This document shows, piece after piece, positions 26,401 to 39,400 of a stretch of 64,000 nucleotides of DNA. The stretch comes from Eledone cirrhosa. Taxonomy: Eukaryota. The stretch spans positions 63,054,001 through 63,118,000 of the forward strand of contig OZ024742.1 of the NCBI GenBank assembly GCA_964016885.1, written 5' to 3'. A model generated the notes under the pieces. That model worked only from the letters and a program-made list of their open reading frames with translations. It ran no database searches and was not told where the DNA came from. Each line of letters starts with the position of its first letter. Within the stretch, counting starts at the first letter, position 1. The position numbers and the translations under genes are program-made.

Positions 26401-27550
26401 TTCATCTCTTAACTTCTTACTACCTGTCTCTCTGTCAGTCTGTCTTCTCTTAACTTCTTACTACCTGTCTCACTGTCAGTCAGTCATCTCTTAACTTCTT
26501 ACTACCTGTCTCTCTGTCAGTCTGTCAGCTTTTAACTTCTTACTACCTGTCTCTCTGTCAGTCTGTCTTCTATTAACTTCTTGCTACCTGTCTCTCTGTC
26601 AGTCTGTCATGTCTTAACTTCTTACTACCTGTCTCTCTGTCAGTCTGTCATCTCTTAACTTCTTACTACCTGTCTCTCTGTCAGTCTGTGTTCTCTTAAC
26701 TCCTTACTACCTGCCTCTCTGTCAGTCTGTCATCTCTTAACTTCTTACTAACTGTCTCTCTGTCAGTCTGTCTTCTTTTAACTTCTTACTACCTGTCTCT
26801 CAGTCAGTCTGTCATCTCTTAACTTTTTACTACTTGTCTCTCATTCAGTCTCTCTTCTCTTAACTTCTTACTACCTGTCTCTCTGTCAGTCTTTCATCTC
26901 TTAACTTCTTACTACCTGTCTCTCTGTCAGTCTGTCATCTCTTAACTTCTTACTATCTGTCTCTCTGTCAGTCTGTCATCTCTTAACTACTTACTATCTG
27001 TCTCTCTGTCAGTCTGTGTTCTCTTAACTCCTTACTACCTGTCTCTCTGTCAGTCTGTCATCTCCTAACTTCTTGCTACATGTCTCTCTGTCAGTCTCTC
27101 TTCTCTTAACTTCTTACTACCTGTCTCTCTGTCAGTCTGTCATCTCTTAACTTCTTACTACCTGTCTCTCTGTCAGTCTGTCTTCTCTTAACTTCTTACT
27201 ACCTGTCTCTCTGTCAGTCTCTCTTCTCTTAACTTCTTACTACCTGTCTCTCAGTCAGTCTGTCATCTCTTAACTTTTTACTATCTGTCTCTCATTCAGT
27301 CTCTCTTCTCTTAACTTCTTACTACCTGTCTCTCTGTCAGTCTGTCATCTCTTAACTTCTTACTACCTGTCTCTCTGTCAGTCTGTCATCTCTTAACTTC
27401 TAACTACCTGTCTCTCTGTCAGTTTGTCATCTCTTAACTTCTTACTACCTCTCTCTCAGTCAGTCTGTCTTCTCTTAACTTCTTACTACCTGTCTCTCTG
27501 TCAGTCTGTCATCTCTTAACTTCTTACTACCTGTCTCTCAGTCAGTCTGT
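11481..27550. repeat. Three-copy higher-order block (144-, 102- and ~144-monomer units); the middle copy lacks 42 monomers
   Basis: TTCGTAC C at 12061, 17966 and 22148 (5,905 = 144x41+1; 4,182 = 102x41). TTGAATC, GTGAGT, CAGTCAACTC, AGTCCGTC, CTTATCTT, CTTCACTT and TCTCAAC each occur three times in the same order. The TTCTAAACTACC insertion is present only at 16081 and 26171. Confidence 0.9.
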
Positions 27551-30500
27551 CTTCTCTTAACTTCTTACTACCTGTCTCTCAGTCAGTCTGTCTTCTCTTA
27601 ACTTCTTACTAGCTGCCTCTCTGTCAGTCTGTCATCTCTTAACTTCTTACTACCTGTCTCTCTGTCAGTCTGTCTTCTCTTAACTTCTTACTACCTGTCT
27701 CTCTGTCAGTCTGTCTTCTCTTAACTTCTTACTACCTGTCTCTCTGTCAGTCTCTCTTCTCTTAACTTCTTACTACCTGTCTCTCAGTCAGTCTGTCATC
27801 TCTTAACTTTTTACTATCTGTCTCTCATTCAGTCTCTCTTCTCTTAACTTCTTACTACCTGTCTCTCTGTCAGTCTGTCATCTCTTAACTTCTTACTACC
27901 TGTCTCTCTGTCAGTCTGTCATCTCTTAACTTCTAACTACCTGTCTCTCTGTCAGTTTGTCATCTCTTAACTTCTTACTACCTGTCTCTCAGTCAGTCTG
28001 TCTTCTCTTAACTTCTTACTACCTGTCTCTCTGTCAGTCTGTCATCTCTTAACTTCTTACTACCTGTCTCTCAGTCAGTCTGTCATCTCTTAACTTTTTA
28101 CTACTTGTCTCTCTTTCAGTCTCTCTTCTCTTAACTTCTTACTACCTGTCTCTCTGTCAGTCTTTCATCTCTTAACTTCTTACTACCTGTCTCTCTGTCA
28201 GTCTGTCTTCTATTAACTTCTTGCTACCTGTCTCTCTGTCAGTCTGTCATGTCTTAACTTCTTACTACCTGTCTCTCTGTCAGTCTGTCATCTCTTAACT
28301 TCTTACTACCTGTCTCTCTGTCAGTCTGTCTTCTCTTAACTTCTTACTACATGTCTCTCTGTCAGTCTGTCTTCTCTTAACTTCTTACTACCTGTCTCTC
28401 TGTCAGTCTGTCATCTCTTAACTTCTTACTATCTGTCTCTCTGTCAGTCTGTCATGTCTTAACTTCTTACTACCTGTCTCTCTGTCAGTCTGTCATCTCT
28501 TAACTTCTTACTACCTGTCTCTCTGTCAGTCTGTCTTGTCTTAACTTCTTACTACATGTCTCTCTGTCAGTCTGTCTTCTCTTAACTTCTTACTACCTGT
28601 CTCTCTGTCAGTCTGTCATCTCTTAACTTCTTACTACCTGTCTCTCTGTCAGTCTGTCATCTCTTAACTTTTTACTATCTGTCTCTCATTCAGTCTCTCT
28701 TCTCTTAACTTCTTACTACCTGTCTCTCTGTCAGTCTGTCATCTCTTAACTTCTTACTACCTGTCTCTCTGTCAGTCTGTCATCTCTTAACTTCTAACTA
28801 CCTGTCTCTCTGTCAGTTTGTCATCTCTTAACTTCTTACTACCTCTCTCTCAGTCAGTCTGTCTTCTCTTAACTTCTTACTACCTGTCTCTCTGTCAGTC
28901 TGTCTTCGCTTAACTTCTTACAACCTGTCTCACTGTCAGTCTGTCATCTCTTAACTTCTTACTACCTGTCTCTCTGTCAGTCTGTCATCTCTTAACTTCT
29001 TACTACCTGTCTCTCTGTCAGTCTGTCTTCTATTAACTTCTTGCTACCTGTCTCTCTGTCAGTCTGTCATGTCTTAACTTCTTACTACCTGTCTCTCTGT
29101 CAGTCTGTCATCTCTTAACTTCTTACTACCTGTCTCTCTGTCAGTCTGTGTTCTCTTAACTCCTTACTACCTGCCTCTCTGTCAGTCTGTCATCTCTTAA
29201 CTTCTTACTAACTGTCTCTCTGTCAGTCTGTCTTCTCTTAACTTCTTACTACCTGTCTCTCTGTCAGTCTATCATCTCTTAACTTCTTACTATCTGTCTC
29301 TCATTCAGTCTGTCTTCTCTTAAATTCTTACTACCTGTCTCTCTGTCAGTGTGTCATCTCTTAACTTCTTACTACCTGTCTCTCTGTCAGTCTGTCATCT
29401 CTTAACTTTTTACTATCTGTCTCTCTGTCAGTCTGCCATCTCTTAACTTCTAACTACCTGTCTCTCTGTCAGTTTGTCATCTCTTAACTTCTTACTACCT
29501 CTCTCTCAGTCAGTCTGTCTTCTCTTAACTTCTTACTACCTGTCTCTCTGTCAGTCTGTCTTCGCTTAACTTCTTACAACCTGTCTCACTGTCAGTCTGT
29601 CATCTCTTAACTTCTTACTACCTGTCTCTCTGTCAGTCTGTCATCTCTTAACTTCTTTCTACCTGTCTCTCTGTCAGTCTGTCTTCTATTAACTTCTTGC
29701 TACCTGTCTCTCTGTCAGTCTGTCATGTCTTAACTTCTTACTACCTGTCTCTCTGTCAGTCTGTCATCTCTTAACTTCTTACTACCTGTCTCTCTGTCAG
29801 TCTGTCTTCTATTAACTTCTTGCTACCTGTCTCTCTGTCTGTCTGTCATGTCTTAACTTCTTACTACCTGTCTCTCTGTCAGTCTGTCATCTCTTAACTT
29901 CTTACTACCTGTCTCTCTGTCAGTCTGTGTTCTCTTAACTCCTTACTACCTGCCTCTCTGTCAGTCTGTCATCTCTTAACTTCTTACTAACTGTCTCTCT
30001 GTCAGTCTGTCTTCTTTTAACTTCTTACTACCTGTCTCTCAGTCAGTCTGTCATCTCTTAACTTTTTACTACTTGTCTCTCTTTCAGTCTCTCTTCTCTT
30101 AACTTCTTACTACCTGTCTCTCTGTCAGTCTTTCATCTCTTAACTTCTTACTACCTGTCTCTCTGTCAGTCTGTCATCTCTTAACTTCTTACTATCTGTC
30201 TCTCTGTCAGTCTGTCATCTCTTAACTACTTACTATATGTCTCTCTGTCAGTCTGTGTTCTCTTAACTCCTTACTACCTGTCTCTCTGTCAGTCTGTCAT
30301 CTCCTAACTTCTTGCTACATGTCTCTCTGTCAGTCTCTCTTCTCTTAACTTCTTACTACCTGTCTCTCTGTCAGTCTGTCATCTCTTAACTTCTTACTAC
30401 CTGTCTCTCTGTCAGTCTGTCTTCTCTTAACTTCTTACTACCTGTCTCTCTGTCAGTCTCTCTTCTCTTAACTTCTTACTACCTGTCTCTCAGTCAGTCT

Positions 30501-33500
30501 GTCATCTCTTAACTTTTTACTATCTGTCTCTCATTCAGTCTCTCTTCTCTTAACTTCTTACTACCTGTCTCTCTGTCAGTCTGTCATCTCTTAACTTCTT
30601 ACTACCTGTCTCTCTGTCAGTCTGTCATCTCTTAACTTCTAACTACCTGTCTCTCTGTCAGTTTGTCATCTCTTAACTTCTTACTACCTCTCTCTCAGTC
30701 AGTCTGTCTTCTCTTAACTTCTTACTACCTGTCTCTCTGTCAGTCTGTCATCTCTTAACTTCTTACTACCTGTCTCTCAGTCAGTCTGTCTTCTCTTAAC
30801 TTCTTACTACCTGTCTCTCAGTCAGTCTGTCTTCTCTTAACTTCTTACTAGCTGCCTCTCTGTCAGTCTGTCATCTCTTAACTTCTTACTACCTGTCTCT
30901 CTGTCAGTCTGTCTTCTCTTAACTTCTTACTACCTGTCTCTCTGTCAGTCTGTCTTCTCTTAACTTCTTACTACCTGTCTCTCTGTCAGTCTCTCTTCTC
31001 TTAACTTCTTACTACCTGTCTCTCAGTCAGTCTGTCATCTCTTAACTTTTTACTATCTGTCTCTCATTCAGTCTCTCTTCTCTTAACTTCTTACTACCTG
31101 TCTCTCTGTCAGTCTGTCATCTCTTAACTTCTTACTACCTGTCTCTCTGTCAGTCTGTCATCTCTTAACTTCTAACTACCTGTCTCTCTGTCAGTTTGTC
31201 ATCTCTTAACTTCTTACTACCTGTCTCTCAGTCAGTCTGTCTTCTCTTAACTTCTTACTACCTGTCTCTCTGTCAGTCTGTCATCTCTTAACTTCTTACT
31301 ACCTGTCTCTCAGTCAGTCTGTCATCTCTTAACTTTTTACTACTTGTCTCTCTTTCAGTCTCTCTTCTCTTAACTTCTTACTACCTGTCTCTCTGTCAGT
31401 CTTTCATCTCTTAACTTCTTACTACCTGTCTCTCTGTCAGTCTGTCTTCTATTAACTTCTTGCTACCTGTCTCTCTGTCAGTCTGTCATGTCTTAACTTC
31501 TTACTACCTGTCTCTCTGTCAGTCTGTCATCTCTTAACTTCTTACTACCTGTCTCTCTGTCAGTCTGTCTTCTCTTAACTTCTTACTACATGTCTCTCTG
31601 TCAGTCTGTCTTCTCTTAACTTCTTACTACCTGTCTCTCTGTCAGTCTGTCATCTCTTAACTTCTTACTATCTGTCTCTCTGTCAGTCTGTCATGTCTTA
31701 ACTTCTTACTACCTGTCTCTCTGTCAGTCTGTCATCTCTTAACTTCTTACTACCTGTCTCTCTGTCAGTCTGTCTTGTCTTAACTTCTTACTACATGTCT
31801 CTCTGTCAGTCTGTCTTCTCTTAACTCCTTACTACCTGTCTCTCTGTCAGTCTGTCATCTCTTAACTTCTTACTACCTGTCTCTCTGTCAGTCTGTCATC
31901 TCTTAACTTTTTACTATCTGTCTCTCATTCAGTCTCTCTTCTCTTAACTTCTTACTACCTGTCTCTCTGTCAGTCTGTCATCTCTTAACTTCTTACTACC
32001 TGTCTCTCTGTCAGTCTGTCATCTCTTAACTTCTAACTACCTGTCTCTCTGTCAGTTTGTCATCTCTTAACTTCTTACTACCTCTCTCTCAGTCAGTCTG
32101 TCTTCTCTTAACTTCTTACTACCTGTCTCTCTGTCAGTCTGTCTTCGCTTAACTTCTTACAACCTGTCTCACTGTCAGTCTGTCATCTCTTAACTTCTTA
32201 CTACCTGTCTCTCTGTCAGTCTGTCATCTCTTAACTTCTTACTACCTGTCTCTCTGTCAGTCTGTCTTCTATTAACTTCTTGCTACCTGTCTCTCTGTCA
32301 GTCTGTCATGTCTTAACTTCTTACTACCTGTCTCTCTGTCAGTCTGTCATCTCTTAACTTCTTACTACCTGTCTCTCTGTCAGTCTGTGTTCTCTTAACT
32401 CCTTACTACCTGCCTCTCTGTCAGTCTGTCATCTCTTAACTTCTTACTAACTGTCTCTCTGTCAGTCTGTCTTCTCTTAACTTCTTACTACCTGTCTCTC
32501 TGTCAGTCTATCATCTCTTAACTTCTTACTATCTGTCTCTCATTCAGTCTGTCTTCTCTTAAATTCTTACTACCTGTCTCTCTGTCAGTGTGTCATCTCT
32601 TAACTTCTTACTACCTGTCTCTCTGTCAGTCTGTCATCTCTTAACTTTTTACTATCTGTCTCTCTGTCAGTCTGCCATCTCTTAACTTCTAACTACCTGT
32701 CTCTCTGTCAGTTTGTCATCTCTTAACTTCTTACTACCTCTCTCTCAGTCAGTCTGTCTTCTCTTAACTTCTTACTACCTGTCTCTCTGTCAGTCTGTCT
32801 TCGCTTAACTTCTTACAACCTGTCTCACTGTCAGTCTGTCATCTCTTAACTTCTTACTACCTGTCTCTCTGTCAGTCTGTCATCTCTTAACTTCTTTCTA
32901 CCTGTCTCTCTGTCAGTCTGTCTTCTATTAACTTCTTGCTACCTGTCTCTCTGTCAGTCTGTCATGTCTTAACTTCTTACTACCTGTCTCTCTGTCAGTC
33001 TGTCATCTCTTAACTTCTTACTACCTGTCTCTCTGTCAGTCTGTCTTCTATTAACTTCTTGCTACCTGTCTCTCTGTCTGTCTGTCATGTCTTAACTTCT
33101 TACTACCTGTCTCTCTGTCAGTCTGTCATCTCTTAACTTCTTACTACCTGTCTCTCTGTCAGTCTGTGTTCTCTTAACTCCTTACTACCTGCCTCTCTGT
33201 CAGTCTGTCATCTCTTAACTTCTTACTAACTGTCTCTCTGTCAGTCTGTCTTCTTTTAACTTCTTACTACCTGTCTCTCAGTCAGTCTGTCATCTCTTAA
33301 CTTTTTACTACTTGTCTCTCTTTCAGTCTCTCTTCTCTTAACTTCTTACTACCTGTCTCTCTGTCAGTCTTTCATCTCTTAACTTCTTACTACCTGTCTC
33401 TCTGTCAGTCTGTCATCTCTTAACTTCTTACTATCTGTCTCTCTGTCAGTCTGTCATCTCTTAACTACTTACTATATGTCTCTCTGTCAGTCTGTGTTCT

Positions 33501-36420
33501 CTTAACTCCTTACTACCTGTCTCTCTGTCAGTCTGTCATCTCCTAACTTCTTGCTACATGTCTCTCTGTCAGTCTCTCTTCTCTTAACTTCTTACTACCT
33601 GTCTCTCTGTCAGTCTGTCATCTCTTAACTTCTTACTACCTGTCTCTCTGTCAGTCTGTCTTCTCTTAACTTCTTACTACCTGTCTCTCTGTCAGTCTCT
33701 CTTCTCTTAACTTCTTACTACCTGTCTCTCAGTCAGTCTGTCATCTCTTAACTTTTTACTATCTGTCTCTCATTCAGTCTCTCTTCTCTTAACTTCTTAC
33801 TACCTGTCTCTCTGTCAGTCTGTCATCTCTTAACTTCTTACTACCTGTCTCTCTGTCAGTCTGTCATCTCTTAACTTCTAACTACCTGTCTCTCTGTCAG
33901 TTTGTCATCTCTTAACTTCTTACTACCTCTCTCTCAGTCAGTCTGTCTTCTCTTAACTTCTTACTACCTGTCTCTCTGTCAGTCTGTCATGTCTTAACTT
34001 CTTACTACCTGTCTCTCAGTCAGTCTGTCTTCTCTTAACTTCTTACTACCTGTCGCTCAGTCAGTCTGTCTTCTCTTAACTTCTTACTAGCTGCCTCTCT
34101 GTCAGTCTGTCATCTCTTAACTTCTTACTACCTGTCTCTCTGTCAGTCTGTCTTCTCTTAACTTCTTACTACCTGTCTCTCTGTCAGTCTGTCTTCTCTT
34201 AACTTCTTACTACCTGTCTCTCTGTCAGTCTGTCATCTCTTAACTTCTTACTACCTGTCTCTCTGTCAGTCTCTCTTCTCTTAACTTCTTACTACCTGTC
34301 TCTCTGTCAGTCTGTCATCTCTTAACTTCTTACTACCTGTCTCTCTGTCAGTCTGTCTTCTCTTAACTTCTTACTACCTGTCTCTCTGTCAGTCTCTCTT
34401 CTCTTAACTTCTTACTACCTGTCTCTCAGTCAGTCTGTCATCTCTTAACTTTTTACTATCTGTCTCTCATTCAGTCTCTCTTCTCTTAACTTCTTACTAC
34501 CTGTCTCTCTGTCAGTCTGTCATCTCTTAACTTCTTACTACCTGTCTCTCTGTCAGTCTGTCATCTCTTAACTTCTAACTACCTGTCTCTCTGTCAGTTT
34601 GTCATCTCTTAACTTCTTACTACCTGTCTCTCAGTCAGTCTGTCTTCTCTTAACTTCTTACTACCTGTCTCTCTGTCAGTCTGTCATCTCTTAACTTCTT
34701 ACTACCTGTCTCTCAGTCAGTCTGTCATCTCTTAACTTTTTACTACTTGTCTCTCTTTCAGTCTCTCTTCTCTTAACTTCTTACTACCTGTCTCTCTGTC
34801 AGTCTTTCATCTCTTAACTTCTTACTACCTGTCTCTCTGTCAGTCTGTCTTCTATTAACTTCTTGCTACCTGTCTCTCTGTCAGTCTGTCATGTCTTAAC
34901 TTCTTACTACCTGTCTCTCTGTCAGTCTGTCATCTCTTAACTTCTTACTACCTGTCTCTCTGTCAGTCTGTCTTCTCTTAACTTCTTACTACATGTCTCT
35001 CTGTCAGTCTGTCTTCTCTTAACTTCTTACTACCTGTCTCTCTGTCAGTCTGTCATCTCTTAACTTCTTACTATCTGTCTCTCTGTCAGTCTGTCATGTC
35101 TTAACTTCTTACTACCTGTCTCTCTGTCAGTCTGTCATCTCTTAACTTCTTACTACCTGTCTCTCTGTCAGTCTGTCTTCTCTTAACTTCTTACTACATG
35201 TCTCTCTGTCAGTCTGTCTTCTCTTAACTCCTTACTACCTGTCTCTCTGTCAGTCTGTCATCTCTTAACTTCTAACTACCTGTCTCTCTGTCAGTCTGTC
35301 ATCTCTTAACTTTTTACTATCTGTCTCTCATTCAGTCTCTCTTCTCTTAACTTCTTACTACCTGTCTCTCTGTCAGTCTGTCATCTCTTAACTTCTTACT
35401 ACCTGTCTCTCTGTCAGTCTGTCATCTCTTAACTTCTAACTACCTGTCTCTCTGTCAGTTTGTCATCTCTTAACTTCTTACTACCTCTCTCTCAGTCAGT
35501 CTGTCTTCTCTTAACTTCTTACTACCTGTCTCTCTGTCAGTCTGTCTTCGCTTAACTTCTTACAACCTGTCTCACTGTCAGTCTGTCATCTCTTAACTTC
35601 TTACTACCTGTCTCTCTGTCAGTCTGTCATCTCTTAAATTCTTACTACCTGTCTCTCTGTCAGTCTGTCTTCTATTAACTTCTTGCTACCTGTCTCTCTG
35701 TCAGTCTGTCATGTCTTAACTTCTTACTACCTGTCTCTCTGTCAGTATGTCATCTCTTAACTTCTTACTACCTGTCTCTCTGTCAGTCTGTGTTCTCTTA
35801 ACTCCTTACTACCTGCCTCTCTGTCAGTCTGTCATCTCTTAACTTCTTACTAACTGTCTCTCTGTCAGTCTGTCTTCTCTTAACTTCTTACTACCTGTCT
35901 CTCTGTCAGTCTATCATCTCTTAACTTCTTACTATCTGTCTCTCATTCAGTCTGTCTTCTCTTAAATTCTTACTACCTGTCTCTCTGTCAGTGTGTCATC
36001 TCTTAACTTCTTACTACCTGTCTCTCTGTCAGTCTGTCATCTCTTAACTTTTTACTATCTGTCTCTCTGTCAGTCTGCCATCTCTTAACTTCTAACTACC
36101 TGTCTCTCTGTCAGTTTGTCATCTCTTAACTTCTTACTAACTCTCTCTCAGTCAGTCTGTCTTCTCTTAACTTCTTACTACCTGTCTCTCTGTCAGTCTG
36201 TCTTCGCTTAACTTCTTACAACCTGTCTCACTGTCAGTCTGTCATCTCTTAACTTCTTACTACCTGTCTCTCTGTCAGTCTGTCATCTCTTAACTTCTTT
36301 CTACCTGTCTCTCTGTCAGTCTGTCTTCTATTAACTTCTTGCTACCTGTCTCTCTGTCAGTCTGTCATGTCTTAACTTCTTACTACCTGTCTCTCTGTCA
36401 GTCTGTCATCTCTTAACTTC
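26600..36420. repeat. Higher-order repeat, ~3 copies with 79- then 83-monomer period
   Basis: TAGCTGCC G at 27612, 30851 and 34090 (3,239 = 79x41). CAGTCTATCATC A at 29271, 32510 and 35913 (79 then 83 monomers). TGTCTGTCTGTCATG at ~29835 and ~33074. Confidence 0.87.
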
Positions 36421-39400
36421 TTACTACCTGTCTCTCTGTCAGTCTGTCTTCTCTTAACTTCTTACTACATGTCTCTCTGTCAGTCTGTCTTCTCTTAACT
36501 TCTTACTATCTGTCTCTCTGTCAGTCTGTGTTCTCTTAACTCCTTACTACCTGTCTCTCTGTCAGTCTGTCATCTCTTAACTTCTTACTACCTGTCTCTC
36601 TGTCAGTCTGTCTTCTATTAACTTCTTACTACCTGTCTCTCTGTCAGTCTGTCATGTCTTAACTTCTTACTACCTGTCTCTCTGTCAGTCTGTCTTCTCT
36701 TAACTTCTTACTACATGTCTCTCTGTCAGACTGTCTTCTCTTAACTTCTTACTATCTGTCTCTCTGTCAGTCTCTCATCTCTTAACTTTTTACTATTTGT
36801 CTCTCTTTCAGTCTCTCTTCTCTTAACTTCTTACTACCTGTCTCTCTGTCAGTCTTTCATCTCTTAACTTCTTACTACCTGTCTCTCTGTCAGTCTGTCT
36901 TCTCTTAACTTCTTACTACCTGTCTCACTGTCAGTCAGTCATCTCTTAACTTCTTACTACCTGTCTCTCTGTCAGTCTGTCAGCTTTTAACTTCTTACTA
37001 CCTGTCTCTCTGTCAGTCTGTCTTCTATTAACTTCTTGCTACCTGTCTCTCTGTCAGTCTGTCATGTCTTAACTTCTTACTACCTGTCTCTCTGTCAGTC
37101 TGTCATCTCTTAACTTCTTACTACCTGTCTCTCTGTCAGTCTGTGTTCTCTTAACTCCTTACTACCTGCCTCTCTGTCAGTCTGTCATCTCTTAACTTCT
37201 TACTAACTGTCTCTCTGTCAGTCTGTCTTCTTTTAACTTCTTACTACCTGTCACTCAGTCAGTCTGTCATCTCTTAACATTTTACTACTTGTCTCTCTTT
37301 CAGTCTCTCTTCTCTTAACTTCTTACTACCTGTCTCTCTGTCAGTCTTTCATCTCTTAACTTCTTACTACCTGTCTCTCTGTCAGTCTGTCATCTCTTAA
37401 CTTCTAACTACCTGTCTCTCTGTCAGTTTGTCATCTCTTAACTTCTTACTACCTCTCTCTCAGTCAGTCTGTCTTCTCTTAACTTCTTACTACCTGTCTC
37501 TCTGTCAGTCTGTCTTCGCTTAACTTCTTACAACCTGTCTCACTGTCAGTCTGTCATCTCTTAACTTCTTACTACCTGTCTCTCTGTCAGTCTGTCATCT
37601 CTTAACTTCTTACTACCTGTCTCTCTGTCAGTCTGTCTTCTATTAACTTCTTGCTACCTGTCTCTCTGTCAGTCTGTCATGTCTTAACTTCTTACTACCT
37701 GTCTCTCTGTCAGTCTGTCATCTCTTAACTTCTTACTACCTGTCTCTCTGTCAGTCTGTGTTCTCTTAACTCCTTACTACCTGCCTCTCTGTCAGTCTGT
37801 CATCTCTTAACTTCTTACTAACTGTCTCTCTGTCAGTCTGTCTTCTCTTAACTTCTTACTATCTGTCTCTCATTCAGTCTGTCTTCTCTTAAATTCTTAC
37901 TACCTGTCTCTCTGTCAGTGTGTCATCTCTTAACTTCTTACTACCTGTCGCTCTGTCAGTCTGTCATCTCTTAACTTCTTACTATCTGTCTCTCTGTCAG
38001 TCTGTCATGTCTTAACTTCTTACTACCTGTCTCTCTGTCAGTCTGTCATCTCTTAACTTCTTACTACCTGTCTCTCTGTCAGTCTGTCTTCTCTTAACTT
38101 CTTACTACATGTTTCTCTGTCAGTCTGTCTTCTCTTAACTCCTTACTACCTGTCTCTCTGTCAGTCTGTCATCTCTTAACTTCTTACTACCTGTCTCTCT
38201 GTCAGTCTGTCATCTCTTAACTTTTTACTATCTGTCTCTCATTCAGTCTCTCTTCTCTTAACTTCTTACTACCTGTCTCTCTGTCAGTCTGTCATCTCTT
38301 AACTTCTTACTACCTGTCTCTCTGTCAGTCTGTCATCTCTTAACTTCTTACTACCTGTCTCTCTGTCAGTCTGTCTTCTATTAACTTCTTGCTACCTGTC
38401 TCTCTGTCAGTCTGTCATGTCTTAACTTCTTACTACCTGTCTCTCTGTCAGTCTGTCATCTCTTAACTTCTTACTACCTGTCTCTCTGTCAGTCTGTGTT
38501 CTCTTAACTCCTTACTACCTGCCTCTCTGTCAGTCTGTCATCTCTTAACTTCTTACTAACTGTCTCTCTGTCAGTCTGTCTTCTCTTAACTTCTTACTAC
38601 CTGTCTCTCAGTCAGTCTCTCTTCTCTTGACTTCTTACTACCTGTCTCTCTGTCAGTCTGTCATCTCTTAACTTCTTACTACCTGTCTCTCTGTCAGTCT
38701 GTGTTCTCTTAACTCCTTACTACCTGCCTCTCTGTCAGTCTGTCATCTCTTAACTTCTTACTAACTTTCTCTCTGTCAGTCTGTCATCTCTTAACTTTTT
38801 ACTACTTGTCTCTCTTTCAGTCTCTCTTCTCTTGACTTCTTACTACCTGTCTCTCTGTCAGTCTTTCATCTCTTAACTTCTTACTACCTGTCTCTCTGTC
38901 AGTCTGTCATCTCTTAACTTCTTACTACCTGTCTCTCTGTCAGTCTGTCATCTCTTAACTACTTACTATCTGTCTCTCTGTCAGTCTGTGTTCTCTTAAC
39001 TCCTTACTACCTGTCTCTCTGTCAGTCTGTCATCTCCTAACTTCTTGATACATGTCTCTCTGTCAGTCTCTCTTCTCTTAACTTCTTACTACCTGTCTCT
39101 CTGTCAGTCTGTCATCTCTTAACTTCTTACTACCTGTCTCTCTGTCAGTCTGTCTTCTCTTAACTTCTTACTACCTGTCTCTCTGTCAGTCTGTCATCGC
39201 TTAACTTCTTACTACCTGTCTCTCAGTCAGTCTGTCTTCTCTTAACTTCTTACTTCCTGTCTCTCAGTCAGTCTGTCTTCTCTTAACTTCTTACTAGCTG
39301 CCTCTCTGTCAGTCTGTCATCTCTTAACTTCTTACTACCTGTCTCTCTGTCAGTCTGTCTTCTCTTAACTTCTTACTACCTGTCTCTCTGTCAGTCTGTC

